From the NCBI RefSeq assembly GCF_022539665.2, contig NC_081331.1:310001-374000 (forward strand): a stretch of 64,000 nt of DNA, given 5' to 3'. Numbering within the stretch: position 1 is the stretch's first letter; the number at the start of each line of letters is the position of its first letter. The stretch comes from Daphnia carinata (Eukaryota). Under the pieces are notes generated by a model. It saw nothing but the letters and a program-made list of their open reading frames with translations, ran no database searches and was not told the DNA's origin. Shown here in pieces: positions 18,983-32,200 of the stretch. The translations under genes and the position numbers were made by a program.

Positions 18983-21900
18983 ATTTCCAAGCCCTCCCGT
19001 CCCTCCATCTCCTCCCACCACCCTCCCTCCCACCTCCAATTCATCATTCAAGATTCTACGGATACGGAAGATTCTTCATCACATCGGATTCTCTTCGAAT
19101 TACGCAAGATTCTACATTCTCATCGCTTCGGACATCATCTACATAAAGCTTCAAGAAAGAAGAGCCATGCCTACTATAAAGGGGCTGAAATGGCACCACA
19201 CTAAAAAAAAAACACACACATACACCTACACATACAGACGTTATCGATCTGTAGTACCGTTCACTACACGTTAAAGATCGACCCACAAACTGAAGGTGGA
19301 GAAGAGGTGATCGTAGATTGTAGGTTGTTCGTAAGTTCTCCCCATGGCCTGAAAGACGGTTCATGGATGCTGGCAGCTAATCATCGAGATATGTGACCCT
19401 CTTCGATACCCATAAGTTTTTGTTTTCCTTACTGTGCGATGATGACCAAGATGCATAAAATGATAAAAGACAATAAAAAATCCGTCCACTTACAAACCAT
19501 TTATTCTTCCTCCATGTTTATTTGTTCATTGAACGGCTGATGTTTGACATTCTGCTATATCCTATCGGTGGAATGTACATCGTATCTTACACGCCCCCAT
19601 ATCTTAACATTAGGCCCCGGATCGAGCTCACCATGTACAAAATATCGAAATCTACTACAAATATCATCGCGTTCTTTCATAGCATAAAACTTAAGTTGAA
19701 CAAGATGAAAATGCCTTTTAATTTTAGTATGGTTGGCTTCAACTATGTTAAAAAACGACTGTCTGCAAGAGCGTGTGTATATACTCTGACGCCAAAGTGA
19801 ACGAGGGAGCAATTCGTTTGACGAGGTCGACGTGCCTAGGACAAGATCCACCTGGGTATATTAGGCTGGCCAAACCCATTCCAACAAGAGCTGTCAGTTT
19901 GCCTTTTGTGTATATCTAAGTGTGCGTACATGTGGGCAAAAAAAAAAAGGCTGAGAGTCGGCGAGATATAGAGCTAGCAAGGAAATGAGTGGAAGGCCGG
20001 GGAACAAAGAAAAGAGTTAAAAAAAAACAAAAGAGAGAAACATAAAAAAAAGCGGACAGCAGTAGAAGAAAACATTTGAGAAACAAGAGCGAGCAAAAGA
20101 GAGGACTATTTGGTTGTATATATTTGTTCTTATCGCTTCCTCGGTGGCCTGTCGTGTACACGAAAGCTACTGAAGCATAGTTTCCACACACGAGTATTTT
20201 TATCGCTGGTAGTACGGATGCTAAACGTCATTTTAAAAATAGGGTAGTGTGTCAATAACATTTCGAGGTCTTTGGCTACTACATCGATAACAAAGTAACA
20301 TCACTTGTTTAGAGTATATGAACGCCGGACTGCCCGATCATTCTGATAATACGTTCAATTTTTCAATTCGTATAGGCTTATGTAAATCATACGTTTCATC
20401 ATAAGGTTGCTCAGCCAATGCGGAGCAGGCTGCACGGATCGATGAGCGCCAACTAGATTTCAAGAAAATGAAAACATCTTTGCGGTGTAGTGAATTTTGA
20501 GGCGACGAAGCGACAGCGTTGCATATCAATTCACTTAATGGTAGCTTGGTTTATAATTTACAGTTCACGCAGAGTCTCTCTGAGATTATTGCTGGCTTTC
20601 CCAATGCCACAGCCTCAAGATATCCCCCTGTCGCACGTAATGGAGGAGACTGATGATGAGGCATGAAGAGCATCGCCCGAGAGATATATAGACGGCTACG
20701 CTTAAGAACGCATCAACGTAACGGCTAATTTATGTACTGTTGGGGCATCTGTTGATCTCTTGGCAAGGCATGCCAGTTTCGTAGCCAACATGCTAGACGT
20801 TTTTTTTCTTTTAGCTCGTGATTGTCACCCTCTTATTGCGTTAATATATGCAAACCAACCGAAGGTATTAACTGCTACGGTTTATAAGTCGCTTTCATCT
20901 ATAATCTGCATACAACCCGACGGCTGGGCGACGTCACTGGCGATTGACAAGTGATTGACAAATTCCACTATCTGTGGCCGCCCAGCGAATTTATGCACAG
21001 ACACCCACCTCTCTCCTTGTTATAATTCGGCCTTCTATACAAGCTCATTTGCATAATGATTGAATAGAAACATAATGAAGTATCATTTTAGATTTTTTTC
21101 TTGTGGCTTTTCATAATAAGAGATGGGAATAATGAACTCGTGCTTGGTTCCAATCGATAGCTATTATGGACGCTTACTCTCTTATACGTAAGCCACACTA
21201 TGATTTCTATATTGAAATCGCCAAAAAATGTAAAAAAAAAAAAAAAAACATTCGGAGAGCTCGATACTTCAAAGTCAGCCAAATGGGGAAGAAGAAACGA
21301 TTGATTGAATTCAGAGAAACGTGACAATATAAACGTGTTACAAATCTATATAGAATCACACACACAGCTGCACGCAGTATAAATATATCCATGTGTTGGG
21401 ATTGCGGCGGAGCCATCATCCGCAGCAAATCAATGAGGATGAGATTCTTGAATACATTAAAAAAGACAGCCTCAGCACTCTTGTTCATGTGCTGTATTAT
21501 ATTTGTTGTTTAGATAGCTTACCGAGAATGGGAAAAGGAGTGATAGAGCTCTCTCCGATAATCTGTCGGAGCAAAGCGGCAGCTATGTGGCTCTCCCTCC
21601 CATTTATATATGCATCACGTCTCAATACATTTTGCCTATCTATATATAGCCCTATATAGATCTATTTTGTTGGCCACGCTACACAGCATATGTCTTTCAC
21701 GTTTTTTTTTTTCATATACAGATAAATAGAGATGTAACGCGTCTGAGTCTGATGCGCATATCCGAATGAATGCGACCCTTTAAAAAAAAAAAAACGGATG
21801 TTGATTTTTCCATCTCTAAATCGTGGGGGTATTGTGTCCTCCTGTTGCAACAGCAGGCCAAACATACAGAGGTGGTCAAGTGTTTCTTTACGGGAACCTA

Positions 21901-22589
21901 CTGGATGGGCGTGATGAATCTGAATGCAGCCCAACCCGAAGTTGAGTTGCCATCTTTTTTTTTAAATATTTATTTCCAAGTGAGAGAGAGGGGGAGGCAT
22001 CTTGAGCATTTATCGAATATATAAGCACAAGAATAATATGAAGCACTAACCATTTCGGGCCCGACAAAATCAACAGAAAAACGAGGCATCTAAGCAATAG
22101 ATAGTTATGTCCTTATTGTCAACCTTTATCTATAGCCCTTTTTTTTTCTTGTTCCCTCTTTGCAGTCTCTTCTCTACGGCTGAAATAACAACGAGAAAAT
22201 AGAAGCGGCGGTCGTGAAGGCGGCGGCTTTCCGATGGAGGCTGATGGGCCTGGCAATATATTTATAAGAGGCGCTGGGGTTAGGTTTTAGGAGTTATATA
22301 TCCACTATATGCTACACACAACAGCATAAGTATACATATATATCGGGGCCGAGGCGATGAGCTTGCTACACACACACAGAGAGGGGGGGGGGGGTGTTGT
22401 TATTAGAAAGGATGCGGAATAGGATTGAGGATGAGAGGGACTTCCTGACCCGCTTCTTTTTGAGTGCTGCTGCTTCAAGAGAAAAAAAAGGGAGGAGAGA
22501 AAACGTGTGTTGGATGAAAAGAGAAAATCCCATCGCTTCTACCAGAAAATTCTTGTGTGTGGATGATGGGGGGGGGGGGCAGTCTATAC

Positions 22590-22885
22590 GGACGGATTGG
22601 CCTTTGGCTGCAATACACTTCCTTTTCCACTCGGGCGTTCGCGGCTATAAGCTGCCTCTTGTTGTATTCAATGGCTGTGTTGAAGAGGCCACTCTAGATA
22701 AGGTCGTGATGATGAATTTCTGCCTCCCTTTTCTCGCCCATCCTCCGCGCTCCATCGAACGGCGTCGCCATTCCTCGATCAAGAGCGGATGACATGGCGG
22801 ACTGGCAAATGAAATTGGGCGGAGCCTTCCGCTCTGCCCGTCGCTTTTATTGGTGTTCAAAGGGACGATGGAGAGCCAATCGGCT
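22590..22885 (+). promoter_or_regulatory. Candidate FoxC proximal promoter (CCAAT boxes and GC box)
   Basis: ATTGG/CCAAT at ~22596, ~22814, ~22849 and ~22876, and GGGCGGAG at ~22817, about 0.5-0.75 kb upstream of the FoxC ATG. TSS not determined. Confidence 0.35.
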
Positions 22886-23348
22886 GGCAGGCATTCAACG
22901 AGGTAGGAGGAGAGTAAAAAGAACTGACAGTCACGTTCCAGCGTTAGCAACACCAGCCGCTTGGATCGAATGTTGTGCTGGCCCTTCGTGGCCTAACCAG
23001 TGCCAGTCTTGTTGATCTTAGAGCTTGGACCGGCCGGGCAGAGAAGAGTCTCTTCGTTTTTTGAACCGACTGTCTCTCTAAACTTCTAACGTGTGTACGA
23101 TTTCAAATTCCGCCGCGTGAACAATTCAAGCGCATTCTCCTTTTCCCTCGTCATATTTCCGATTGGATACTTAAAAATTAAAGAAAAACAGTTTCTCATG
23201 TGTCGCATTTGATGGACCCGGAGTGTAGTGGAAAACGACACACATTTAGGCCTGCAATTTTTCACGCCTGAAATAAAACAAGTTTTTGCTATAATTAAAG
23301 GCCTCAGTCGCAGTGTATGATATCGAGTGGACTGTCATCGTCGCCGCG

Positions 23349-25949
23349 ATGCTGTCGTCTGCATCTTCAGTGGGCGCCAGCACGGGATCTTCTTCAGCGT
23401 CCAACACGTCATCATCGACTAATATGCAACATCATCACACGTTCTTCGATCACCATCAAAACCATCATCATCATCACGCCTACTATCGGCATCATCACGC
23501 AGCTGCGGCAGCAGCAGCAGCCGCCGCAGCCGCCGCCGCCGTCGCCGTCGGGGTCCAATCGAGTGGCAATTCGAGCAGCACGGCCAACACTTCCTCAGCT
23601 CATCAGACTCCATCGGCGTGTCAATCGCCGGCTTTATCGACATCAGCCAGTTCGGCCAATGCCACTGGGTACGTGACAGGTATCAACGGAAGCGCCGGCT
23701 ACGATTACGCGGCCGCAATGAGCCGATACAACCCGTACGCGGCCAGCTCGGCGGCGTACATCGGCAACGCGTCAGCCTCCGCATCGGCCGGGATGAACGG
23801 CAGCACGTCGGTCATGTCGCACCACTCTGGCGTCGGAGTCAAGGACATGGTGAAGCCGCCCTATTCGTACATAGCGCTGATCGCCATGGCCATCCAGAGC
23901 GCGGCTCCCGAGAAGAAGATCACGCTCAACGGCATCTACCAGTTCATCATGGACCGGTTCCCTTACTACAGGGAGAACAAGCAAGGCTGGCAGAATTCCA
24001 TCCGCCACAATCTCTCGCTCAACGAGTGTTTCGTCAAGGTGCCGAGGGACGACAAGAAGCCGGGCAAAGGGTCCTACTGGACGCTGGATCCCGATTCCTA
24101 CAACATGTTTGACAACGGCTCCTACCTGAGACGGAGGCGCCGATTCAAGAAAAAGGACGTTCTCCGAGAGAAAGACGTTGCGACAGAAGGTGGTGCAGCA
24201 ACGTCTTCTTCATCGTCGGCCAGTAAGAAACAGCTGCAGCAACAACAACAACAACAACAGCATTCGATGCAGCAGAATCAGCATCACCAACAGCAATTGG
24301 ATCATCAGCATTACGGGCAACAACAACAACAACACCAACAGATGATGGACATGGAAACGAAGCCTCTGCTGATGGACGTGGCCGCTGATTTGCGTTTACA
24401 TCATCACGCGACGTCGTCGCCGTATTCGTACAACCCGATCTCGAGCATGATTCACTCGCAGTTGTACGCGGCAGCTCAGGCGGCCCAGCAGGCGGCCCAC
24501 CAAGCCGCAGGCAATGGGGGCGTGATGTCGCCCGACCAACTGGTCGGCCGGAAATTGAAATGCGAACCGGACGACGAGTCGGAAGAAATGGAAGATGGCG
24601 GCCGCGGTGACATGGCCACGATGGATCATCACCATCACGTCAAATACGCCAACGTCGTGATGGAAACGACGGCCGTCGATTACGGCGTGAAGCATCACGC
24701 GGGAATCGCTGGCGCCAAGATGTTTGCATCATACGAGCAATCGGGTCACGGATGTTCCTCAATGACATCGGCCGAAATGAACCCGACGTCGTCGATGAAC
24801 AACGCGTTCACCGTCGAGAGTCTCATGCAATTGCAACACCAACAGCAGCAGCAGCAACAACAGCAGCAACAACAACAACAGCAAAATCATCACTACGTCA
24901 ATCATTTGCATCACCACCATTCTCATCATCATCCGGCGGCGGCCGTTGTGGCCAGCCTCGGCCTCCCTTATCCGGCAGCCGCAGCGGCTGCTGCTCTCTA
25001 CGGCCAACAACAACAACAACAACACCAACAACAACAACACGTCACTCATTACGGGCATTCTTCATCATCGTCATCCATGTCTTCGTCATCTTCCATGTCG
25101 TCGTCTTCGACGTCGCCCTACGCGGCCAATCAACACCCGTCGAACAACAGCGCAGCGCATCCGCAGGATGAAATGAACAACGCGAGCGAGTCGGGAACAA
25201 CGGCGGCCGGATTAGCGGCCGGGCTCAATCTCCAGCAGCATCATCAATTGTCGGCGGGATCACCTCCGTCATGTCTGGCCGATTATTCGCCGTCGCCGGC
25301 GTCTTCGGCGGCGTCGTCGCGCTCCCTCGGCAGCAACCCGGGCAGTTGGTACTCGCCAACGCCTACGGCTCCTCCTCCCCCTCCTCCTCCGCCGCCGCCG
25401 CCGCCGACGTCGGCCCAGCACATGACGACGTCTCCGACGCTACCGGACGCCTCGCCCAGTTTGCCGGCCGAATCGAGCAGCAGCCCGTATTCGATGCAAG
25501 GCCGGGATTCCGTCGTTTATCCGACGGTGAGCGTCTCGAGCACAGCGTCTTCATCGTCGTCTGCTGGTGCTTCTTCTTCGAGCGCGACGCGGCCCTGTGT
25601 GGTGCCCGCCGGCGGCCATCTGCTCTCCGTCGCTCAGTGCCTGCAGCAACAGCAGCAGCGTCAGGCCTCTTCGTCTGGCAGGAATAGCGGCCCAGCGGCG
25701 CATCACCACCCGTCGCCCTCCATTCATCCGTCATCTCCTTTAATTCCTTCGGCTTCAGCAGCGGCCACCGTCTTGTCGTCAACGTCGTCGCCGTCGTTGA
25801 CGTCCTCGGCCGCTGTGGCTGCAGCGGCTGCAGCCGCCGCATCGTCGTCCATATCCAGCCTCAGTTTGATGACGTCTGCCATGTTTCGCGCTGGCAATCA
25901 CCATCCGTTCAGCCTCTACCATCACTCGTCCGATTGTCATAAATATTAA
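23349..25949 (+). CDS. FoxC: Forkhead box C transcription factor (FoxC / crocodile ortholog), single coding exon
   Basis: Forkhead domain [100 protein letters not shown] is FoxC-diagnostic. There is an eh1-like FTVESLM and a C-terminal DCHKY (FoxC 'DCxKY/F'). First ATG is at 23349; the ORF track start at 23313 is a GTG. Confidence 0.95.
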   Translation: MLSSASSVGASTGSSSASNTSSSTNMQHHHTFFDHHQNHHHHHAYYRHHHAAAAAAAAAAAAAAVAVGVQSSGNSSSTANTSSAHQTPSACQSPALSTSASSANATGYVTGINGSAGYDYAAAMSRYNPYAASSAAYIGNASASASAGMNGSTSVMSHHSGVGVKDMVKPPYSYIALIAMAIQSAAPEKKITLNGIYQFIMDRFPYYRENKQGWQNSIRHNLSLNECFVKVPRDDKKPGKGSYWTLDPDSYNMFDNGSYLRRRRRFKKKDVLREKDVATEGGAATSSSSSASKKQLQQQQQQQQHSMQQNQHHQQQLDHQHYGQQQQQHQQMMDMETKPLLMDVAADLRLHHHATSSPYSYNPISSMIHSQLYAAAQAAQQAAHQAAGNGGVMSPDQLVGRKLKCEPDDESEEMEDGGRGDMATMDHHHHVKYANVVMETTAVDYGVKHHAGIAGAKMFASYEQSGHGCSSMTSAEMNPTSSMNNAFTVESLMQLQHQQQQQQQQQQQQQQQNHHYVNHLHHHHSHHHPAAAVVASLGLPYPAAAAAAALYGQQQQQQHQQQQHVTHYGHSSSSSSMSSSSSMSSSSTSPYAANQHPSNNSAAHPQDEMNNASESGTTAAGLAAGLNLQQHHQLSAGSPPSCLADYSPSPASSAASSRSLGSNPGSWYSPTPTAPPPPPPPPPPPPTSAQHMTTSPTLPDASPSLPAESSSSPYSMQGRDSVVYPTVSVSSTASSSSSAGASSSSATRPCVVPAGGHLLSVAQCLQQQQQRQASSSGRNSGPAAHHHPSPSIHPSSPLIPSASAAATVLSSTSSPSLTSSAAVAAAAAAAASSSISSLSLMTSAMFRAGNHHPFSLYHHSSDCHKY

Positions 25950-26192
25950 ATCATCATTCGATTCACATTGTTTTATTGGCAATGGATGGTAGCGAACCAG
26001 GAGTTAAACATTTTCTTTTATTCTGGGAATTGAATGATGTTTTCATCCCCATATAATATTCTATACCCATACGTTAAATGTGAAAACTCTATATACGTAA
26101 AAAACTGATGTTGACCGACGCTGTTTCTTTGCTTGGTAAACAATTAGTGATGGATGGGTCAATGTCTAGCCTGATTTTTACATGGTTGTGGT

Positions 26193-26215
26193 TGTGTGTG
26201 TGTGTGTGTGTGTGT
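26193..26215. repeat. (GT)n microsatellite in probable FoxC 3' UTR
   Basis: Uninterrupted tgtg... run read directly. Confidence 0.85.
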
Positions 26216-29200
26216 TTTTGATTTTTTTTTTAAACATTCGGTTCTCAATCATTTTTTTTTTTTTTTTTTACTTGGCGTTCTATCTTCGTGTTTTCTTTCT
26301 CCGGCGCTGACCGAATCTCGTAACTCCTTATGTATATTTAGCCTCTACATTTTAGAATCATGTATTAGCCGCTGCGTTGTCTCAAATATACTCACTTACA
26401 TTGCTGTACAGACACAGGCTGATGACCTACTAATTGAACGTGCTATTTCATTATCGCTACGATATCAAATTCTATCCGAAACTTCAATTTAACTTCGTCT
26501 TTGCGTAACGGACTGTTATATACGTATAACGTTATATACGACTGCACCCAACTAGAATTCAACATCCACGTGCCAAGCATTTTTGGGACGTGTTTGTTTA
26601 CACAATGAAGGTAAAATGATGACAGTGAAAAATGCCTAGTTTCACTATTTTGATGACGTGTTTCATCCGGTGTCGATGACGAATATCTTGTTCCTTATCT
26701 TGTTTTGAAATGTTTCGAGTTTTAGAAGGCGAATAGAGCGTATTTAATTTCACGGTTCATCGGTCTGTGGCACACGGATCCTTACGATGTATTCTTATGT
26801 CATCCAACGATGTCAGTTATAATTATTATATTCTTAATTGTCTATCCGTCTTTTCTTTCGTTTAAATGGAAGCATTAAAAAAAAAAAACCAATGCCATGT
26901 TTACCTGTTAGCGTACAATATGTTTGACTTCACGTGGAGAGGTGGTTGTATAGCCAATGATACGTACAGCACATATTGTGCCGCGTTGTTTATTACGATT
27001 GTATACGTCAAGTACCGGCAAATGGTCCCAGTTATAAACACACAATTTTGCTACTCGCTAGAAGCATTTCCGAGCGTCATGTCATTTCATATCGTCCTCG
27101 ATGATCTTCGTCAAAATCAATTGTATTTTCAATCAGAAAGGGACGTCGTTTTCCGATGGCTGTTTGAAGCTTTTGCATTATTGCAAGTGAGTTGGTTGAA
27201 TGTCTATTTGTTTGCTGTGACGGGTTTCATCAATACAAGTATTTATTTGCACCAATCATCTACGTTAAATATTCATTATCTGTCATAGCAAATGGGCAGC
27301 ATACAACGTTCAATTCATAAGATCGCAGTGTTCAACAACTGCGTTTGATTCTTCTCGAGCCCGTTGCTATGGCCTTCTCTTTTTCTCTTCCGAGTCCAAA
27401 AAATAGAATCATCGTTCAACAGCTTGAAACACTCTTTGCTTTGCTGCTGGCCCTTCTTTTTTCCTTCTTCCGTTATATACCGATATCCTGGCCGCCTGCA
27501 GTACAACCCAACATCTCCATAGCTCCGGCCCACCATTTTTTTCTTTTAACCCCGCATCACGATGAGTTTGGGAAGCCAGTTCTAAATCGGTTGTTTACAT
27601 GTCGACGATCTTTTTCGACTCTCTTTTCTCCGACCTCTCTCTACTGTACGCGGCTCGTCGCCTTCTCACTTCTCTATTCTATTTTCCTCTTCCTCCTAGT
27701 AGTTTTTTGTTTGGACTTGGCTATCAGGGAGGTCTCGTATATAGCATTCTGTTTCGTCTTTTCTCTCCTACATATTCTATTAGCCTCTCTTTTTTTTTCT
27801 CTTATGTTTTTCAAGCCAACGTCGCCTTGATCTGCCCCGAGTGGCCGAACGGCGGCGTCTGTTGGCTATCGTCGCAAAAATGCAGTCTCGTTTCTGCAAC
27901 TGGCTATATAGTCTATATGGTCTTGTGTAAATAGACACACACGCTTTTATTTACTAAAAAAAACTTCAAAGTTTGGCCTCACACGCAACAAAAATGAATG
28001 CGCTCTCCGTGGACTCGTCAAACGATTGCATTTCCGAGTTTATTACGACATTTTTAGTGGACCGCCCGATTTTTTCATCAGACATGATGACAGCATCTTT
28101 GGATGAGTCAGATCAGAGAGAACAAAAGTTCTAGGCCTAGGCCGTCCGTCCGGCTCTCCCACATGGTGTCGCTATCGTTTACAAACAGAAAAGAAAAATC
28201 CCCGTTGGTTGAATAGCTCCACGACGACCTGTGTGTTTCAATGTCTTGGAAATGTATACACGTCCGCTGTTTGCTTAGCCACAGGACGGCAAACAGCGTC
28301 CTCATTCGACTTGATTCTTTTGCACGTAATACGCAATGATTCTTGTGACCAGCCGTCATGAAAGACCCCCTAAACGTCTGTAGCCTAGTTCGGGAACAAC
28401 AGCGAGACATTCGATAGTTTTACTCGTTTACAACTGTGTTTGACCATTTGGGAAGCAGCTATTAGCAGCGCCTCGTACAAAGAAAATGGGCAGGCAAAAC
28501 GAAGGGGCGGACAAGGGAAAATGCCTGATCAATGTAGGCCGCCATTACAGAAATATGTCTAGGCCATGGATGTCGCAATGTTTACAACTAGTTTGCAGTG
28601 GTGTTTTGTCTCGGCCTCCTGGTGATTGTTTTGAAATAACAAACCCATCTGGGTTGTTTTATTGCGGCCTAACGTGTTAGTTTCTTATACCATGAATAAT
28701 TGTGTCGGTATAGCTTTGCTACGTGATTATGTTTTATTTCTACAATGTGGCTAATAGTTAATGGCGGAGGCTTTTGTCGGTGGCATCCGAGGCTGGGAAA
28801 ACATGTCTGCAAATAGATCCATCAAAATTTTAAAAGAACATTTATTAACACTTAGCCTATTTCCGGTTAATCTATAATCATTACGGATAGCACACATTTT
28901 TCACGATGGCTTAACATTCACGTGAAAACAAATCTAACAAAAAAAAAAAAAAAAAAAAAAGAGTTCAGTCGTTTCACAATGTTGGACCTCTTCTGTTATA
29001 TACGACAGGCTGTAAATGCCAATGCACCGTAGATTGCATTAACGGTTATGTTTAACATCATGTTTTCCTCAAGCCTCTTTAAGGGTAGCGTTGTAACGCG
29101 TCATTATAGAATAAGAAAACCCACGTGTAGTACATCCATCTATTTGACGTAGGCCAGGATGATATAAACAAATGAAAGAAGCAGAAATTGTAATCTGTAT

Positions 29201-32200
29201 TTGCTTGTAGGCTCCAACTGTGAGTGTTTAACTGCCCATCTCGTATTATTGCAAGCTCACATCCAATCGTCACTTTGTTCCAATCATTTATTTGTAAAAG
29301 GCAGGTTTTAGTGACAGCTTCATTTTGTTTATTTATAACTTTGCAAGTGTTATTCTACCTGTGGCGTTCCTGAAACCCCACTGTTGTACTTTGAATCACG
29401 TCGCTTTGTTTTCTTATTAAAATGTGTGCAATCATCGCATGCAAATGCTTGCCCTTTTTGAAGGTGTTGGTTAATTGGACTCGAATTTTTCTTAAATGAT
29501 TTTCAATCAACGAGAGGCCTATACACCGGCAGATGAATATATAGGCCTTTGCAGGGCTACGATCAGATAAACACAACGAACTATCCTCCATGTCTTGTGT
29601 ATATACACACAAGGCTAAGGCTTGACCGGTATAGCCTACACTATTGACATTTTACTTTGGAGCCTCTATAAAACCTACAAGCAGTGTTGTCTTGTATATC
29701 CATATAGGCCTATATATAGCAGCCTTTGTATACAGCGCATTAAGCTTTTTAAACTTACGCCAACACGTAGCTTATACGGACACTAGTAAAACTGCGATCA
29801 ATTTTTCGTTTCAGCATCATCAAGAATATTGACTTGCGTTGTGTAACAAGCGTACCCACTTATGTATACCCCAACGCACTTGGGCAAACTCACGGGCTCA
29901 CTGTCAATCTCACAGCAAACAGGCCTTATAGGCCTACATAGGTTCCTATATACCTGCTGAATTTTTAACACATCTGACCTGTAACATGGAATAAGCAAGG
30001 AAATCAATGTTGCATAACGTGTGGCTATAACACGCAGACCAACTGTTGAAACAAAAAGGCCAGCGAGGCCTTTATCTTAACATCTCGGGAATAAGGGTTG
30101 TCATCGTTCGAGAGTGCTGTGTGTCCTCAAGAATAACATGTATAAATGTATATAATGATGAGCCTGGTAGAACTGTATTGACATTGACGAGTGCGGCCAC
30201 CGGGTGCTGTATAGAGAAGTGGATGTGTGGGGAGGAATATGGCAGTTGGAAAGGAAGAGCTCTAAAAAAAACGAGTCATCATCATCGCAGTTTATTAATA
30301 GTATCGAGAAAAAGAGAAGACGACCGAAGGGCGACGACTAGAGCGTATGTGAAGTCGTCTGTGCGGCTGAAGGGAAGAGCTCCCAACTTCCTTGGTGATG
30401 GCAGCAGCAGCAGCCATGAGACAGGCTCCATATGGCGCTCAAGTTGGTGCATCCACCCATCAGCCGTCCAGCCCGAGAAGCGTCTAACAGCAGGGAGAAA
30501 AAGGGGTTGCTTCTGCCATGAACTGGCCTTCCCTAGTTTCTCTTGATATATACACAGAGGGAAAAGACAGACGGACATGGAAAGAGAGGCTATATAGAAG
30601 GATCGTTAAGCATCGGCAGCAGTAAAACGGTCGACCATTTGTCGCGCGTCGCCCGGCCAAAAAGTATAGACTATATGAAACAAGTCAAGCAAAACAAAAG
30701 GCAAACAAGACAAAAACAAAACAAAATAAGAGTTTAAAAAAATAAAGGAAAAATGTTTTAAAGAGAGTGGTGGGAATATGGCCGTACTTTGTATTTGATC
30801 GACTTAGACGCAATAATGTAATTTAAGAACTATGACTCAATCCTTGTTTTGAGCCAGAGTTACTCTAGGCCTATACAAAATACAACGCTAATGCGGACGT
30901 GATGGCTGATACTGGCAACATGATATCGAAACTGCGTAAACCGGATAGACATTTTATAAGGAATGCAATAAGAAACTTGTTTTGAAATCGAAAGAACTTT
31001 GACGTAGCACGTCAGCAGCATCCGAATACAAACGAAAAGGATCAAAAAGAGTATGGAACTAAACAAAAAAGGTGTTAGGCCTATGTGAAATTTGATTTAT
31101 CGACTAATATTGAAGATTCATCATAAAATTTCCCTCACTATTGTAATCGATTCTTTGCTGACGTTGTTTGCTGCCACGCATTGATTGAGATCAAACGATC
31201 CATAAATGTCGACTCGTTTTTTGTCCCGAAGACATGAAACAAAAACACCACGCCTTTTCTCGCCTCCGAAACTCTTGATATTAATAGCCATGTGTATACA
31301 ATATTATATACATAAAAGCTATATAAGTATACGTGTGGCAGTGGTGGCCTGCCCTTCTACAGGGTCACAGTCTTGTGTTAATGAATGGCCTCAACAGATC
31401 ATCTTTGTGGGCTCTCTTCGGCCGTCTTCGATGATGAAGCTCTAGAGTTTCATTTTTGCTCTCGTATAGTTTCATCTTCCCACACACTTGTATTGCCATA
31501 CAGAGGCAGCTCTTTATGCCCTATAGCTGGAGCCGAGTTCTAAATAGAGCTACATATAACAACGTTTGCTATTTGATTTCTGTCTTACTACGACTGTACG
31601 TCTGATGTCTTTCGCACTATCGCGCAAGACTAAGCTGCTTTTACATTACGGCTCTCTCTGCATGCCATCTTCGACTGTCACCACCTTCTCAGAATTACCC
31701 CATCGTCTTCGTACGCTTCAAGTGGCAAACGTCAACATACGCAAGGCAACCGTTTCTTCACACAAGAACGTTCATCATCAGCACATAGCAACGCTGTATC
31801 AAGTAAAAAGAGTTTTAGCTGTACCTCGTAACCGACACAACATTTGAATCATCAAATTTCGATTAGACTTCACTCGACAGTCTAGAAACTGGACGTGGGG
31901 GTTACACGAATGATGTGAAATGTGTTACGGAAGGTTATGCTGTTTGATGTATGGCAACAGCTTCATTGTGAAAGCGAAGGAAGACAAAGTACAATCGTTT
32001 CATCTATGTCTGTATAACAGGCTACTGGTTGTGTAGGCCTATACGTACACACCATACGGCCCTCGCATGTATACGCATGTGTGTATACATAGGTTTAAAT
32101 ACGAGGGAAGAATAGAGAGGCAAAGAAGGAAAATAGAAAGGATTCTTTGTTCAAAGTCATTTGCCACTTCATTAGCTTCTGGAACAGCAAGCAAAAGACG

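Noticed and set aside
23313..23348. ORF-track start of FoxC at 23313
   Set aside because: It is a GTG. In a eukaryote the first ATG at 23349 is the default start, and a non-AUG start is unsupported.
23317..25982. Numerous overlapping and antisense ORFs over FoxC
   Set aside because: They are by-products of GC-rich triplet-repeat coding sequence with few stops in other frames, and they show no family motifs.
31180..31980. Short matches to bantam miRNA (TGAGATCA; CATTGTGAAAGC)
   Set aside because: The two partial matches are ~780 nt apart and neither forms a full mature sequence or a hairpin.
28130..32045. Recurrent TAGGCCTA/AGGCCT palindromes
   Set aside because: They are irregularly spaced short motifs also found elsewhere in the window and do not form an array.
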